Part shown: positions 19,793 to 28,746 of the stretch, piece after piece | Position numbering within the stretch: the first letter of the stretch is position 1 | How the letters are laid out: each line of letters opens with the position of its first letter | NCBI GenBank assembly: GCA_001821765.1 | Contig: MHOA01000002.1 | Span: forward strand, 3,141-67,140 | Direction of reading: 5' to 3' | From: Candidatus Ryanbacteria bacterium RIFCSPLOWO2_12_FULL_44_26 | GTDB lineage: Bacteria; Patescibacteriota; Minisyncoccia; Ryanbacterales; HO2-45-13 | DNA length: 64,000 bases | Position numbers and translations under genes: made by a program | Notes under the pieces: generated by a model | Database searches by the model: none | Told to the model about the DNA's origin: nothing | Seen by the model: only the letters and a program-made list of their open reading frames with translations

Positions 19793-20482
19793 CTACCTTA
19801 CATCCACCTGCACACGAGGATATTTGGATCTTAACGTTGCTGCGATCTTAGAAACATTCAGCTCTTTTGTTTTGTCCAAATGTTTATTGAGATTTTTCCC
19901 ATATCGTATGTCCTGAATGTAATACTTTTCTCCCGGCAGTAAATATCCTGCGATCGTAAAAAAATCTTCTTCGGCATGCTCGGCGGGAAATACGGTTGTT
20001 CTGAATTCATGATCAACTCCAGATGACTGAATGAGATAAAAGGTTTTCTTGCAGTTCTCAAGAGCTGTCTCGTTGCCGGTATGCGCAACACAATCATACT
20101 TTTCCCAACGATGTTTAACGTCCATCGCAATATAATCTAAAAGATCTGCGGCGATCATTTTCTCCACCATATTGGGATTTATGCCGTTTGTGTCAAGCTT
20201 TACCAAAAGATTCATTGATTTTATTTTTTTAATAAAATCCGGAAGGTCATGGTGCAGTGTCGGTTCTCCTCCTGTTATGCACACGCCGTCTATAAAGTTT
20301 CTTTGTCCATTTAAAAACCGAAGCACATCGTCCTCGCTGATGTAAGAATCCTGCTTGAGAGGAACGAGCTCCGGATTATGGCAATAAGGACACCGAAACA
20401 AACATCCTTGAGTAAAAACTACCGCCGCGACTTTCGCGGGGTAGTCAATAAGACTCAGTTTCTGTAAACCTCCTATGACCAT
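19793..20482 (-). CDS. nrdG: Anaerobic ribonucleoside-triphosphate reductase activating protein (radical SAM)
   Basis: GCLFRCPYCHNPEL is a CxxxCxxC radical-SAM motif of the NrdG type; sits directly downstream of nrdD. Confidence 0.85.
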   Translation of the reverse strand: MVIGGLQKLSLIDYPAKVAAVVFTQGCLFRCPYCHNPELVPLKQDSYISEDDVLRFLNGQRNFIDGVCITGGEPTLHHDLPDFIKKIKSMNLLVKLDTNGINPNMVEKMIAADLLDYIAMDVKHRWEKYDCVAHTGNETALENCKKTFYLIQSSGVDHEFRTTVFPAEHAEEDFFTIAGYLLPGEKYYIQDIRYGKNLNKHLDKTKELNVSKIAATLRSKYPRVQVDVR

Positions 20483-20485
20483 ACG

Positions 20486-22651
20486 CTACATATCAGCGCT
20501 GGCCTCGGTTTTATTTCCGGCTGCAACAATCGCGTACTGTATTTCTTTTTTCTTGAAAGGATATTCTTTGAGTCCCTTTTCAAGGCTATATTCTTCTCTC
20601 TCATTGTATTCACTCTGTTTTCCTTTATTCCACTCGCTGACAGGTCTAAAGTATCCGACGATTCGTGACCACACTTCGCACCTTGCTCCGCATGTCGGAC
20701 ATTGCACACATTCACCATTAAGATATCCATGAGCGGGACAAATGCTGAAAGTCGGGGTAACAGTGATATATGGCAGGTGAAAGCGTTCCGTTACTTTTCT
20801 GACAAATGCACGGCAAGACTCCCAGTCCCTGACGCGCTCGCCGAGGAAAAGGTGTAACACCGTCCCTCCGGTATATTTTTTCTGAAGGTTGTCTTGATGT
20901 TCCAGCGCGAAAAGAGGGTCGTCAGTATAAGAAACCGGCAAATGCGTTGAATTTGTATAGTAAGGAGCCTCGGGCGAACCAGCCTGCTTCATATCGGGAA
21001 ATCTTTTTTTGTCTTCTTTTGCAAACCGATATGTTGTGCCCTCTGCAGGCGTTGCCTCAAGATTATACAGGTTGCCCGTTTCCTCCTGATAATCAGCAAG
21101 CCGCTCCCGTATAAAATCAAGAATTTCCAGAGCAAATGATTTCCCTTCCGGCGTCGCAATATCGCTCCCAAGAAAATTCACACATGCTTCATTCATCCCG
21201 TTTATGCCTATGGTGGAAAAGTGGTTATGCAAAGTCGGCAAATACCGTTTTGTGAAAGGTAAAAGTCCCTTTTCAATATTTTCTGCAACGACTTTCCGCT
21301 TCATCTCAAGGGATTCCTTGGCAATATCCATCATGCGGCCAAGCCGATTGTAAAATTCCTCTTTGGTTTGAGTTAGATAGCCGATACGCGCAAGATTAAC
21401 GGTTACAACGCCGATGCTTCCCGTCATCTCAGCAGATCCAAAAAGCCCGCCGCCTCTTGCGCGAAGCTCACGCAAATCAAGCTGCAGCCGGCAGCACATA
21501 CTCCGAACATCTCCGGGGTTCAAATCGGAGTTAATAAAGTTTTGAAAATAAGGAGTGCCAAACTTTGCAGTCATTTCAAAAAGCGCGCGGGTGTTTTCAT
21601 TGTCCCAGTCAAAATCCTTGGTAATGTTGTACGTCGGAATGGGAAAAGTAAAAATTCTCCCGTTGGCATCTCCTCCTGTCATCACTTCAATAAACGCTTT
21701 ATTTATCATGTCCATTTCTTTTTGGCACTCACCGTAGGTAAAATCCTGTGCATTGCCCCCAATGACTGGATTTCTTTCGCGCATATCATCGGGGCAGACC
21801 CAATCAAGCGTAATGTTCGTAAACGGCGTTTGTGTGCCCCAGCGCGATGGCACGTTTAAGTTAAAAACAAATTGCTGTATTGACTGTTTTACCTGCTCAT
21901 ATGTTAAGTTGTCTTTTCTTACAAATGGTGCGAGATACGTATCAAACGACGAAAACGCCTGCGCGCCCGCCCATTCGTTTTGAAGCGTTCCTAAAAAGTT
22001 CACCATCTGGGCGACGGCGGTTTCCAAATGTTTCGCTGGATATGATTCTACTTTTCCCGGCACGCCGTTAAATCCTTCCTCTAAAAGCTGTCGCAAACTC
22101 CACCCCGCGCAGTAACCGGAAAACATATCGAGATCATGTATATGAAAATCACCATTTACGTGCGCATCTTTTATGTCTTTTGAATAAACGGAGTTAAGCC
22201 AATAATTCGCGATTAGTTTTCCTGAAGTATTCAAAATAAGCCCGCCAAGAGAATATCCTTGGTTTGCGTTTGCATTCACTCTCCAGTCCGAACGATCAAG
22301 ATATTCACCTATTGTTTTTTCCACCTCAATAATAGTGCTTTTTGTCGCTCGCGCCTGTGAACGTTTCTCGCGATACACAATATAAGCCCGCGCCGTCTTA
22401 TAATGCCCGCCACTCATAAGCGCGCGCTCTACGAAGTCCTGAATTTCTTCTACCGAAATCGCTTCCTTGATATTTTCCGATTGTAAAATTTCATCTACAA
22501 CGTTTTCAGTGATGTTTCTCGCTTCATCTACACCAAATTCTCCTGTCGCTTCGGCGGCTTTTAAAATTGCATTAAAGATTCTCGCTTTATAAAAAGCGGA
22601 TTCCTTTCCGTTCCGTTTTATAACTTTCATTTCCTCCATAGCATCCATCAT
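20486..22651 (-). CDS. nrdD: Anaerobic ribonucleoside-triphosphate reductase (class III RNR)
   Basis: 721 aa; ATP-cone-like N-terminus (VIKRNGKESAF), C-terminal CVQCPTCG…C zinc ribbon and glycyl-radical motif SRIVGYFRPV. Confidence 0.9.
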   Translation of the reverse strand: MMDAMEEMKVIKRNGKESAFYKARIFNAILKAAEATGEFGVDEARNITENVVDEILQSENIKEAISVEEIQDFVERALMSGGHYKTARAYIVYREKRSQARATKSTIIEVEKTIGEYLDRSDWRVNANANQGYSLGGLILNTSGKLIANYWLNSVYSKDIKDAHVNGDFHIHDLDMFSGYCAGWSLRQLLEEGFNGVPGKVESYPAKHLETAVAQMVNFLGTLQNEWAGAQAFSSFDTYLAPFVRKDNLTYEQVKQSIQQFVFNLNVPSRWGTQTPFTNITLDWVCPDDMRERNPVIGGNAQDFTYGECQKEMDMINKAFIEVMTGGDANGRIFTFPIPTYNITKDFDWDNENTRALFEMTAKFGTPYFQNFINSDLNPGDVRSMCCRLQLDLRELRARGGGLFGSAEMTGSIGVVTVNLARIGYLTQTKEEFYNRLGRMMDIAKESLEMKRKVVAENIEKGLLPFTKRYLPTLHNHFSTIGINGMNEACVNFLGSDIATPEGKSFALEILDFIRERLADYQEETGNLYNLEATPAEGTTYRFAKEDKKRFPDMKQAGSPEAPYYTNSTHLPVSYTDDPLFALEHQDNLQKKYTGGTVLHLFLGERVRDWESCRAFVRKVTERFHLPYITVTPTFSICPAHGYLNGECVQCPTCGARCEVWSRIVGYFRPVSEWNKGKQSEYNEREEYSLEKGLKEYPFKKKEIQYAIVAAGNKTEASADM

Positions 22652-22756
22652 ACCACACCGGAAGACCTGTGGATAAAGTAAAAAAGTTTGGTATGCGGTA
22701 AAAACGCGAAAAAACTTCCTTTTGCAGGCATTACAACAAAAAGGTACGCGAAGTTA

Positions 22757-22827
22757 CGGGAAGTTTGAGCTCCAATTGCGAGCAGTTGCGGGAAGTCTGA
22801 CTTCCTAAAAGGGAAGTCCGACTTCCC
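22757..22827. promoter_or_regulatory. Three tandem palindromic repeats (GGGAAGTCYGACTTCC) between the argS stop and the nrdD start
   Basis: cgggaagtttgagctcc at 22757-22773, gcgggaagtctgacttcc at 22789-22806, and gggaagtccgacttccc at 22811-22827 (a perfect 8-1-8 palindrome). The last is followed on the minus strand by TTTT and so is also a candidate argS terminator. Confidence 0.3.
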
Positions 22828-22833
22828 AATAAG

Positions 22834-24462
22834 TTACATCCTTTTAGGAGCAGTGACTCCAAGAAGCGCCAGCGTGCGTGCAAGCGTCTTTTGGGTTAAT
22901 TTCACCAGAGCAAGGCGGGCAAGCTCCTCATTTTTGCTCCCACCAAGCACGCGGACGTTCTCATAGAAATCCGTAAAGGATCGTGCGAGCTCATACGCAT
23001 ATTTTGTAAACCGCTGTACTTCGAAATCACGCGCTGTATCTTCCAGCGCCTCATAAAACGACAATATTCTAAGGAGTAACCGGCGCTCATAAACATCCTG
23101 TAAAATTTCCCATGCAGCATTTTTAAGGTTCATGCCTTTTTTGGACTTCTGTAAGATTGCGCTTGCACGCGCATGAGCGTATTGAACATAATACACAGGG
23201 TTTTTCTTTGATTGCTCCTTTGCCAAATCAATATCAAAGCTGATTGCGGTGCGGGGACTGTATGCTAAAAGAAAAAAGCGAAATGCATCTTTCCCCACTT
23301 CGTCTAACACTTCCCTTGCCGTTACAAAATGTCCTTTTCTTTTAGACATTGATACGATGTTCCCCTCTTTGAGCAAATTAACCTGCCCGTGAACAATAAT
23401 TTTGAAATGTTCTTTGGGAAAACCGAACACTTCAGCAACCGCATACAGTTTTGGAATGTGCCCCTGATGTCCTTCTCCCAAAACATCAACAACAACGTCA
23501 TTTCTTTTGAACTTTTCTTTATGATACGCGATGTCGTTTGCAAAATATAAATACGTTCCGTCGTTTTTTACCAACACCGCCTCGCGTTCCTTCATATATT
23601 CCCCTCCGGGGCTAAACCAAACAGCCCCTTCTTTCCTTTTTAACACTCTTTTCTTCTCCAATTCATCCAGCACTTTTTTTGTTTTTAATTTTGCAAGCTT
23701 GCTCTCATGCGTTACTTTATCAAAATGAATTCCCATTGCTTTTATCGTTTCAAAGTTCTCTCTTAAAAGTTTATCAAAAACAAATTGGAGCAATCGTTCT
23801 TTTCCGTCTTTCTTTTTTATAAATTTATCCTTAAACCTGCCTTTCGCCTTGTCCGCAAATTCTTTTACATAATCTGACGCATACTGAATTTCTCCCATAT
23901 GAGATTCTTTCCCGCACGCAAGTAAGTACCAATGCCAAAGCGAATCACGAAAAGCCCCGACCTGTGCACCGGCGTCATTATGAAAATATTCCCGTATTAC
24001 CTTGTAACCCGTCTCCTCTAAAAGATGAGCAATAACATCTCCAATGGGCCCCCCTCGGGCATTTCCTATATGAAGCGGCCCTGTCGGATTTGCAGAAATA
24101 AACTCCACGCTTACTCTCCGAAGCTTGAGTGAAAAAGGACTTGTTTTTTTTCTTTCTTTTCTTTTTTCTTTAACAAATTCCTTTATCCGGTCGTAGATAT
24201 ATTCATCCTTAATAAAAAAATTTAAAAAACCCGGTCCCGCAACCGCAACCTCTTTAAAAACATCCTTCTGTTTAAGAAATATCGCTTCCGATATGTTTTT
24301 CGCAACTTCAAGGGGCGGCTTGCCTTGCTTTTGAGCAAGCGCCATAGCGGCATTTGAGGAATAGTCGCCTCGCTTAGGATTTTCCTGACATTCTATAGAA
24401 AAGGCGATATCGCTCCCGATTTCTTCTTTTATTGCTTTCATGACAACATCCCGAATGGTCAT
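22834..24462 (-). CDS. argS: Arginyl-tRNA synthetase
   Basis: 542 aa; FISANPTGPLHIGNARGG (HIGH), GDYSSNAAM, and the C-terminal DALR anticodon-binding region. Confidence 0.9.
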   Translation of the reverse strand: MTIRDVVMKAIKEEIGSDIAFSIECQENPKRGDYSSNAAMALAQKQGKPPLEVAKNISEAIFLKQKDVFKEVAVAGPGFLNFFIKDEYIYDRIKEFVKEKRKERKKTSPFSLKLRRVSVEFISANPTGPLHIGNARGGPIGDVIAHLLEETGYKVIREYFHNDAGAQVGAFRDSLWHWYLLACGKESHMGEIQYASDYVKEFADKAKGRFKDKFIKKKDGKERLLQFVFDKLLRENFETIKAMGIHFDKVTHESKLAKLKTKKVLDELEKKRVLKRKEGAVWFSPGGEYMKEREAVLVKNDGTYLYFANDIAYHKEKFKRNDVVVDVLGEGHQGHIPKLYAVAEVFGFPKEHFKIIVHGQVNLLKEGNIVSMSKRKGHFVTAREVLDEVGKDAFRFFLLAYSPRTAISFDIDLAKEQSKKNPVYYVQYAHARASAILQKSKKGMNLKNAAWEILQDVYERRLLLRILSFYEALEDTARDFEVQRFTKYAYELARSFTDFYENVRVLGGSKNEELARLALVKLTQKTLARTLALLGVTAPKRM

Positions 24463-24562
24463 AGCACCACTGTAACCTAAAATATATTTGAAAACAAAAA
24501 AAGGACGAAGTTATACATGCTCCGTCCCTTTCATTAAATTACCTCCTTTTTTGATCCTGATT

Positions 24563-25153
24563 TCACCCAACTGTCCAGTCCAGTGAAGCGCCTTGTGGCG
24601 TGGAAAGAACAAGTCGAATCTCAAACCACGCGGGTTTAATGACTCTTGGGTCATGGCAATCCTCGAAGGTGTCATGCTCGTCAGCTTTTGCTTGCCTGAC
24701 CCATTTCGTCTTACACGGGTGATAGTTTGCAACGAGATCATAGTTCAAGCCCATTTGTTTCAAAACCATGACCTGTAATATGATTTCGTCGAGAGAAATA
24801 GGACGGTTGAGAATGTCGAAGTAACACCTCCGCCAGTTTGTCTTAGGGCGAACCATTGTCGGCCAAAGTTTTGGCCCTCTGCTGCTGTCTTCGTATTTCA
24901 CTACGATCCCTTCTCGCTTTTCCCAATCCCAGTTGATATCTGGGTAAGCTGTAATCGGGAAATCGTCGCGCAGATGATTTCTTGTCGACAAAACCTTTTG
25001 TGGCTGCTTTACCAAAACTTGAATGCGTGCGCGTACCACGGTACGAGTGTTTACAAATCCCGGAAGCCGGCGTCGCCAGAACCACCTTGATGCCCATGAA
25101 ACCCGTAGGTCTTTTACACTCTTCACAATCTCCCGAACAGTAACGTCGTCCAT
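24563..25153 (-). CDS. Hypothetical Trp/Arg-rich protein of unknown function
   Basis: 196 aa, longest ORF in a region crowded with overlapping spurious frames. Seven W-containing motifs (WASRWFWRRR, INWDWEKR, NWRRCYF…). No recognised catalytic motif. Confidence 0.4.
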   Translation of the reverse strand: MDDVTVREIVKSVKDLRVSWASRWFWRRRLPGFVNTRTVVRARIQVLVKQPQKVLSTRNHLRDDFPITAYPDINWDWEKREGIVVKYEDSSRGPKLWPTMVRPKTNWRRCYFDILNRPISLDEIILQVMVLKQMGLNYDLVANYHPCKTKWVRQAKADEHDTFEDCHDPRVIKPAWFEIRLVLSTPQGASLDWTVG

Positions 25154-25333
25154 GCGCTTGTGCCTTCTATTTGGTTGTGAATGTACAATCTAAGCCCGAC
25201 AATTGAGCTTAGTACCAAAGTCATACTAGCTCAAATGTCAATAAAAATCAAGCCAAAACGGAAAAAGAAACTCGTGGAGTTTCTTTTCAATCCTTTACCG
25301 GTTTTTCTTTTTGTTGTCGGCGCGAATTTTTTC

Positions 25334-25542
25334 CAAGCGAAGGCGTGGCGGAAACTTGTCCTAAGCTTGCCGAAGGATCCCCCCACCTCTTCGAGTTCAT
25401 CGAATCTGATAATTCTCTGAATCAGAAAATCTAAAAACTCATCAGAAGCTCCTCGCTGAGGCCTTCGGCTCTGAGAGCCATCGGGCTCGAAGAGCTTGGA
25501 GCCGAAGCGGTCTGAACGACCCCCTTTCCGCCACGCCTTCGC
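25334..25542. repeat. Roughly 210-bp structured element bounded by 21-bp perfect terminal inverted repeats
   Basis: caagcgaaggcgtggcggaaa at 25334-25354 is the reverse complement of tttccgccacgccttcgcttca at 25521-25542. The interior holds nested complementary pairs: ctcttcgag/ctcgaagag, gccgaagg/ccttcggc, ctgat…atcag, cctcgctgagg. Confidence 0.4.
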
Positions 25543-25646
25543 TTCAAAACATTTTCTGAAATGCGCGCACCTTGAAAAAATCATAGCGAAATTTGCTCGT
25601 CAGAATAAGCTGCCCAAAAGAAAAAGCGTCCCAATCTCTGAAAAGA

Positions 25647-26927
25647 TTAGGACGCCGGTGCGAAAGCTTTCGCACCTATGTCGCGTCGGTATTGCATGCC
25701 CTCAAACTCAATCAGCCGTGCCGCTTCGTATGCGCGGTCGAGCGCATTGCGGAGCGTGTCGCCGATTGCTGTTACGCCGAGCACTCGTCCACCGGACGTT
25801 TTGAGTTCGCTGTCAAAACTTGTACCAGCATGGAACACAACGACGTTAGACACACGCTCCGCTTCGGCTACGCCGTGAAGCGGCACACCCTTCTTGTATT
25901 CATCAGGATAGCCGCCAGAGGCAATGATAACGCACGCTGCAAAGCCGGAGTGCCACTTGATCGCGAGTTCAGTAAGAGTACCATCAACGCACGCCTCCAA
26001 AATGTCAAGTAAATCGGTTTTGAGAAGGCGCATGTAGCTTTGCGTTTCGGGGTCGCCGAACCGCGCATTGAACTCCAGCACCTTTGGCCCGTTTGTCGTC
26101 ATCTTGAGTCCGGGGTAGAGTAAGCCGCTAAATGGCCGCCCGCGTTTTGCAAGTGTTTTAAGCGTTGGACGAACGATTTGCTCGCCGAGAGTTTGCAGTG
26201 TGTCCGCGCTTACCCACGAGAGAGGAGCGATTGTTCCCATGCCGCCGGTGTTTTTGCCCTCGTCGCCGTCGCGTATCGGTTTGTGATCTTGCGCGGGCGG
26301 CAGCAAAACGAAAGTTTTGCCATCGCAGAACGCATGGATGGAAATTTCTTGCCCGTCAAGAAATTCCTCAACAACCACTTCGTTGCCTGCGTTCTTGTGA
26401 ACACGGTCAAGCATGATTTCCGCGAGCGCAGCTTCTGCTTGAACGAGTGTCTTGCAAATGTACACGCCTTTGCCGAGCGCAAGTTCGCTTGCCTTTACGA
26501 CGATGGGTGCGCCGTGTTCACGAACATGCGCAAGGGCATTGTCGTATTCGCTAAAAATCTTGAAAGTTGCTGTTGGTATTCCAGCTTCACTCATCAGATT
26601 TTTAGCGAATGCCTTAGACGATTCGATTTCTGCGGCGGCACGCGTTGGGCCAAAAATCCGCAGTCCTCGCGCGCGAAAAGTGTCTACAACACCGAGCGCG
26701 AGCGAATCGTCCGGTCCGACAACGGCCAAACCGATTTCGTTCTTCTCGGCGAACTGAACCAACCCGTCAATGTCGGTAGCGTCAATCGCTATATTCTCCG
26801 CAATCTGACGCGTGCCGCCGTTTCCGGGCGCAACATACAGCTTGCCGATACAAGGCGATTGCGCGAGTTTCCACGCAAGTGCGTGTTCTCTCCCGCCACT
26901 GCCGACAATTAAGACGTTTGTGCTCAT
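25647..26927 (-). CDS. purD: Phosphoribosylamine--glycine ligase
   Basis: MSTNVLIVGSGGREHALAWKL at the N-terminus and an ATP-grasp body. Start taken at the internal Met; the upstream extension in the ORF track is hydrophobic junk. Confidence 0.85.
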   Translation of the reverse strand: MSTNVLIVGSGGREHALAWKLAQSPCIGKLYVAPGNGGTRQIAENIAIDATDIDGLVQFAEKNEIGLAVVGPDDSLALGVVDTFRARGLRIFGPTRAAAEIESSKAFAKNLMSEAGIPTATFKIFSEYDNALAHVREHGAPIVVKASELALGKGVYICKTLVQAEAALAEIMLDRVHKNAGNEVVVEEFLDGQEISIHAFCDGKTFVLLPPAQDHKPIRDGDEGKNTGGMGTIAPLSWVSADTLQTLGEQIVRPTLKTLAKRGRPFSGLLYPGLKMTTNGPKVLEFNARFGDPETQSYMRLLKTDLLDILEACVDGTLTELAIKWHSGFAACVIIASGGYPDEYKKGVPLHGVAEAERVSNVVVFHAGTSFDSELKTSGGRVLGVTAIGDTLRNALDRAYEAARLIEFEGMQYRRDIGAKAFAPAS

Positions 26928-27262
26928 TGTTTTCCTCTTTGTTGAATGTTTACTATGCCAATGTACTACATTAATTATAGCCAAAAAAATTAAAAAACTC
27001 GGAATCTGTTCCGAGAACTTTTCAGTATTCAAAATTTTCGTGCGCGCATTTCAGAAAAGTTTTTGAAGCGAGGGGGGGGCGGGCATTCCTCCCCCCATTC
27101 CCCTCCTGCCGCGCCGCCCGAGCGTTCCGCCGTAGCGACTTGTGGTGAGCTTGGTCGAACCAAGCGGAGGCGGGTCAGTTTTCTTCAAAATACTTTCGCG
27201 CTACGTTCAGAATATCCCACTGAAAACACAAAACCCACCATTAAGGTGGGCTGTGTTTTCAG

Positions 27263-27622
27263 TGGAAGTGGCGGGAATTGAACCCGCTTGGGGAAAGGTT
27301 GCCTACGAGCATCTACACAGATAGTCGGTTTGGATCACTACATGCTGTAAAACCAACAAAACGCATGCAGGTGTGTTTTCTTTTAAGTTTCCTATGCACC
27401 TAGAAAACGAACGATGCACAGTAGTTCGGAATTTGACACCGGAATCGTTACCTTACGAACATCAGTAACACCGATGGCTTACGCTAACTTAAGCGTAAAC
27501 AGGTTGAAGCTGATTGCTTCTAAATAAGTTTGCACTTATTGTTCAAACGGAGATTCAAAAGCGACGTTCACGCTTTCTGTGCGCCCATTAAGAATAACTT
27601 TCCCTCGAGGCCTAACACTCCC
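27263..27622 (-). ncRNA. ssrA: tmRNA (ssrA)
   Basis: Minus-strand 5' end GGGAGUGUUAGGCCUCGAGGG pairs with the 3' end GGUUCAAUUCCCGCCACUUCCA (T-arm plus acceptor; CCA not encoded). Resume context AAUAAGU-GCA AAC mirrors E. coli; predicted tag ANLFRSNQLQPVYA then UAA. Lies immediately downstream of smpB. Confidence 0.75.
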
Positions 27623-27700
27623 AGAACATAGCCCGGTAAAAATTTAAAAGTTTAAAAAATTTGGGGATATGTTTTGGAAGCGCCAGATGAGGTGATGAGG

Positions 27701-28144
27701 TTATATATATTTCAAGCTGCGTTCCACCTTTCTTTTTGCCTCGCGCTTTTTGATTACCTCACGCTTATCGTATTTTTTCTTTCCTCTCACCACCGCAAAC
27801 TCCAACTTTATCTTCCGGCCCTTATTATACAGCTTTAAGGGCACCATTGTCAAGCCTTTCTGTTTTTCTTTCCCGAGCAGATATTGTATTTCTTTCTTAT
27901 GCAAAAGCAGTTTTCTCGCGCGGTCGGGTTCGTACTCTTTTGGCGTATTTGCTTTCTGGTACGGCGGAATATGGACGCCCACCGAAAACGCCTCATTGTT
28001 TCTGATAATAACCCTTCCACCTTTTAAAGCGGCGCGTCCGAGAAGAATGGACTTTACCTCAAACCCGCGCAGACTTAACCCCGCCTCAAATTTCTCCAGG
28101 ATTTCATAGTCGTGGTATGCTTTTCTGTTTTCCGCAAGCGCCAT
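27701..28144 (-). CDS. smpB: SsrA-binding protein SmpB
   Basis: LAENRKAYHDYEILEKFEAGLSLRGFEVKS is the conserved SmpB N-terminus, followed by a Lys-rich C-terminal tail. Confidence 0.9.
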   Translation of the reverse strand: MALAENRKAYHDYEILEKFEAGLSLRGFEVKSILLGRAALKGGRVIIRNNEAFSVGVHIPPYQKANTPKEYEPDRARKLLLHKKEIQYLLGKEKQKGLTMVPLKLYNKGRKIKLEFAVVRGKKKYDKREVIKKREAKRKVERSLKYI

Positions 28145-28351
28145 ATAAATTATTAAAGCACTAAACCATTGCAATAAAAAGCATGTGTTCCGATACGCAC
28201 GAAGAGAAAGAAATGAAAAATTGCAAAGAGACGCGGTTTGGTTTAAAGGACACTCAACTACGCTGCTTGACGATATTTATACAGGATATAGAATGCTTTT
28301 TGGGTGGAACTTTGAACGTTTTGATACATTCATAGGTGAGAGGGCAAGCGA

Positions 28352-28591
28352 ATGGCAGCAAAACACCAATTACTCGCTGAGGAGATCTCAGCAAAGCACA
28401 AGCTGTCCAGCACCGAATATGCAGCATTCATAACCGGAGCAACCTCAATACTGTTGTTTCTGTCGTCTACTTTTGACGAAGAGCAATTACTGGAAACGGT
28501 TGATCGGCTTCTCATAAAACATCCGGGTATCACAAACGCTTTGGCGGAATTCACCGAAAGAGCAACAATGCCGCCAGTCCTGCTGCATTAG
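28352..28591 (+). CDS. Small hypothetical helical protein (79 aa)
   Basis: ATG preceded by GAGAGGG; the ORF ends immediately before a rho-independent terminator at 28597-28633. No family assignable. Confidence 0.35.
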   Translation: MAAKHQLLAEEISAKHKLSSTEYAAFITGATSILLFLSSTFDEEQLLETVDRLLIKHPGITNALAEFTERATMPPVLLH

Positions 28592-28596
28592 AAATG

Positions 28597-28633
28597 GAGC
28601 CCCGCGCTGATAAACACGCGGGGCTTTCTATTG
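28597..28633 (+). terminator. Rho-independent terminator
   Basis: gagccccgcgctgataaacacgcggggcttt followed by ctatt. Confidence 0.5.
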
Positions 28634-28746
28634 AAAGAACCAACAATAGCTATGCGGTGTTCCCTCTTGTGTCGCGTATTTGACCATATATAATGACCTC
28701 CAGATTGAGCTATTTGTCCATCCGACAATAGAAGGGAGGATTGCGA

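Noticed and set aside
26178-26912. 244-aa + strand ORF and several other + strand ORFs (25593-26012, 26452-26757) inside purD
   Set aside because: They are antisense to a well-conserved PurD reading frame. GC-rich antisense frames commonly stay open.
27078-27115. G-run/C-run hairpin (gaggggggggcgggcattcctcccccc) and a strong minus-strand hairpin+U-run at 27000-27030 between tmRNA and purD
   Set aside because: Most simply the transcription terminator or processing region downstream of ssrA. Homopolymer G/C runs are also a common assembly-error site. Not developed further.
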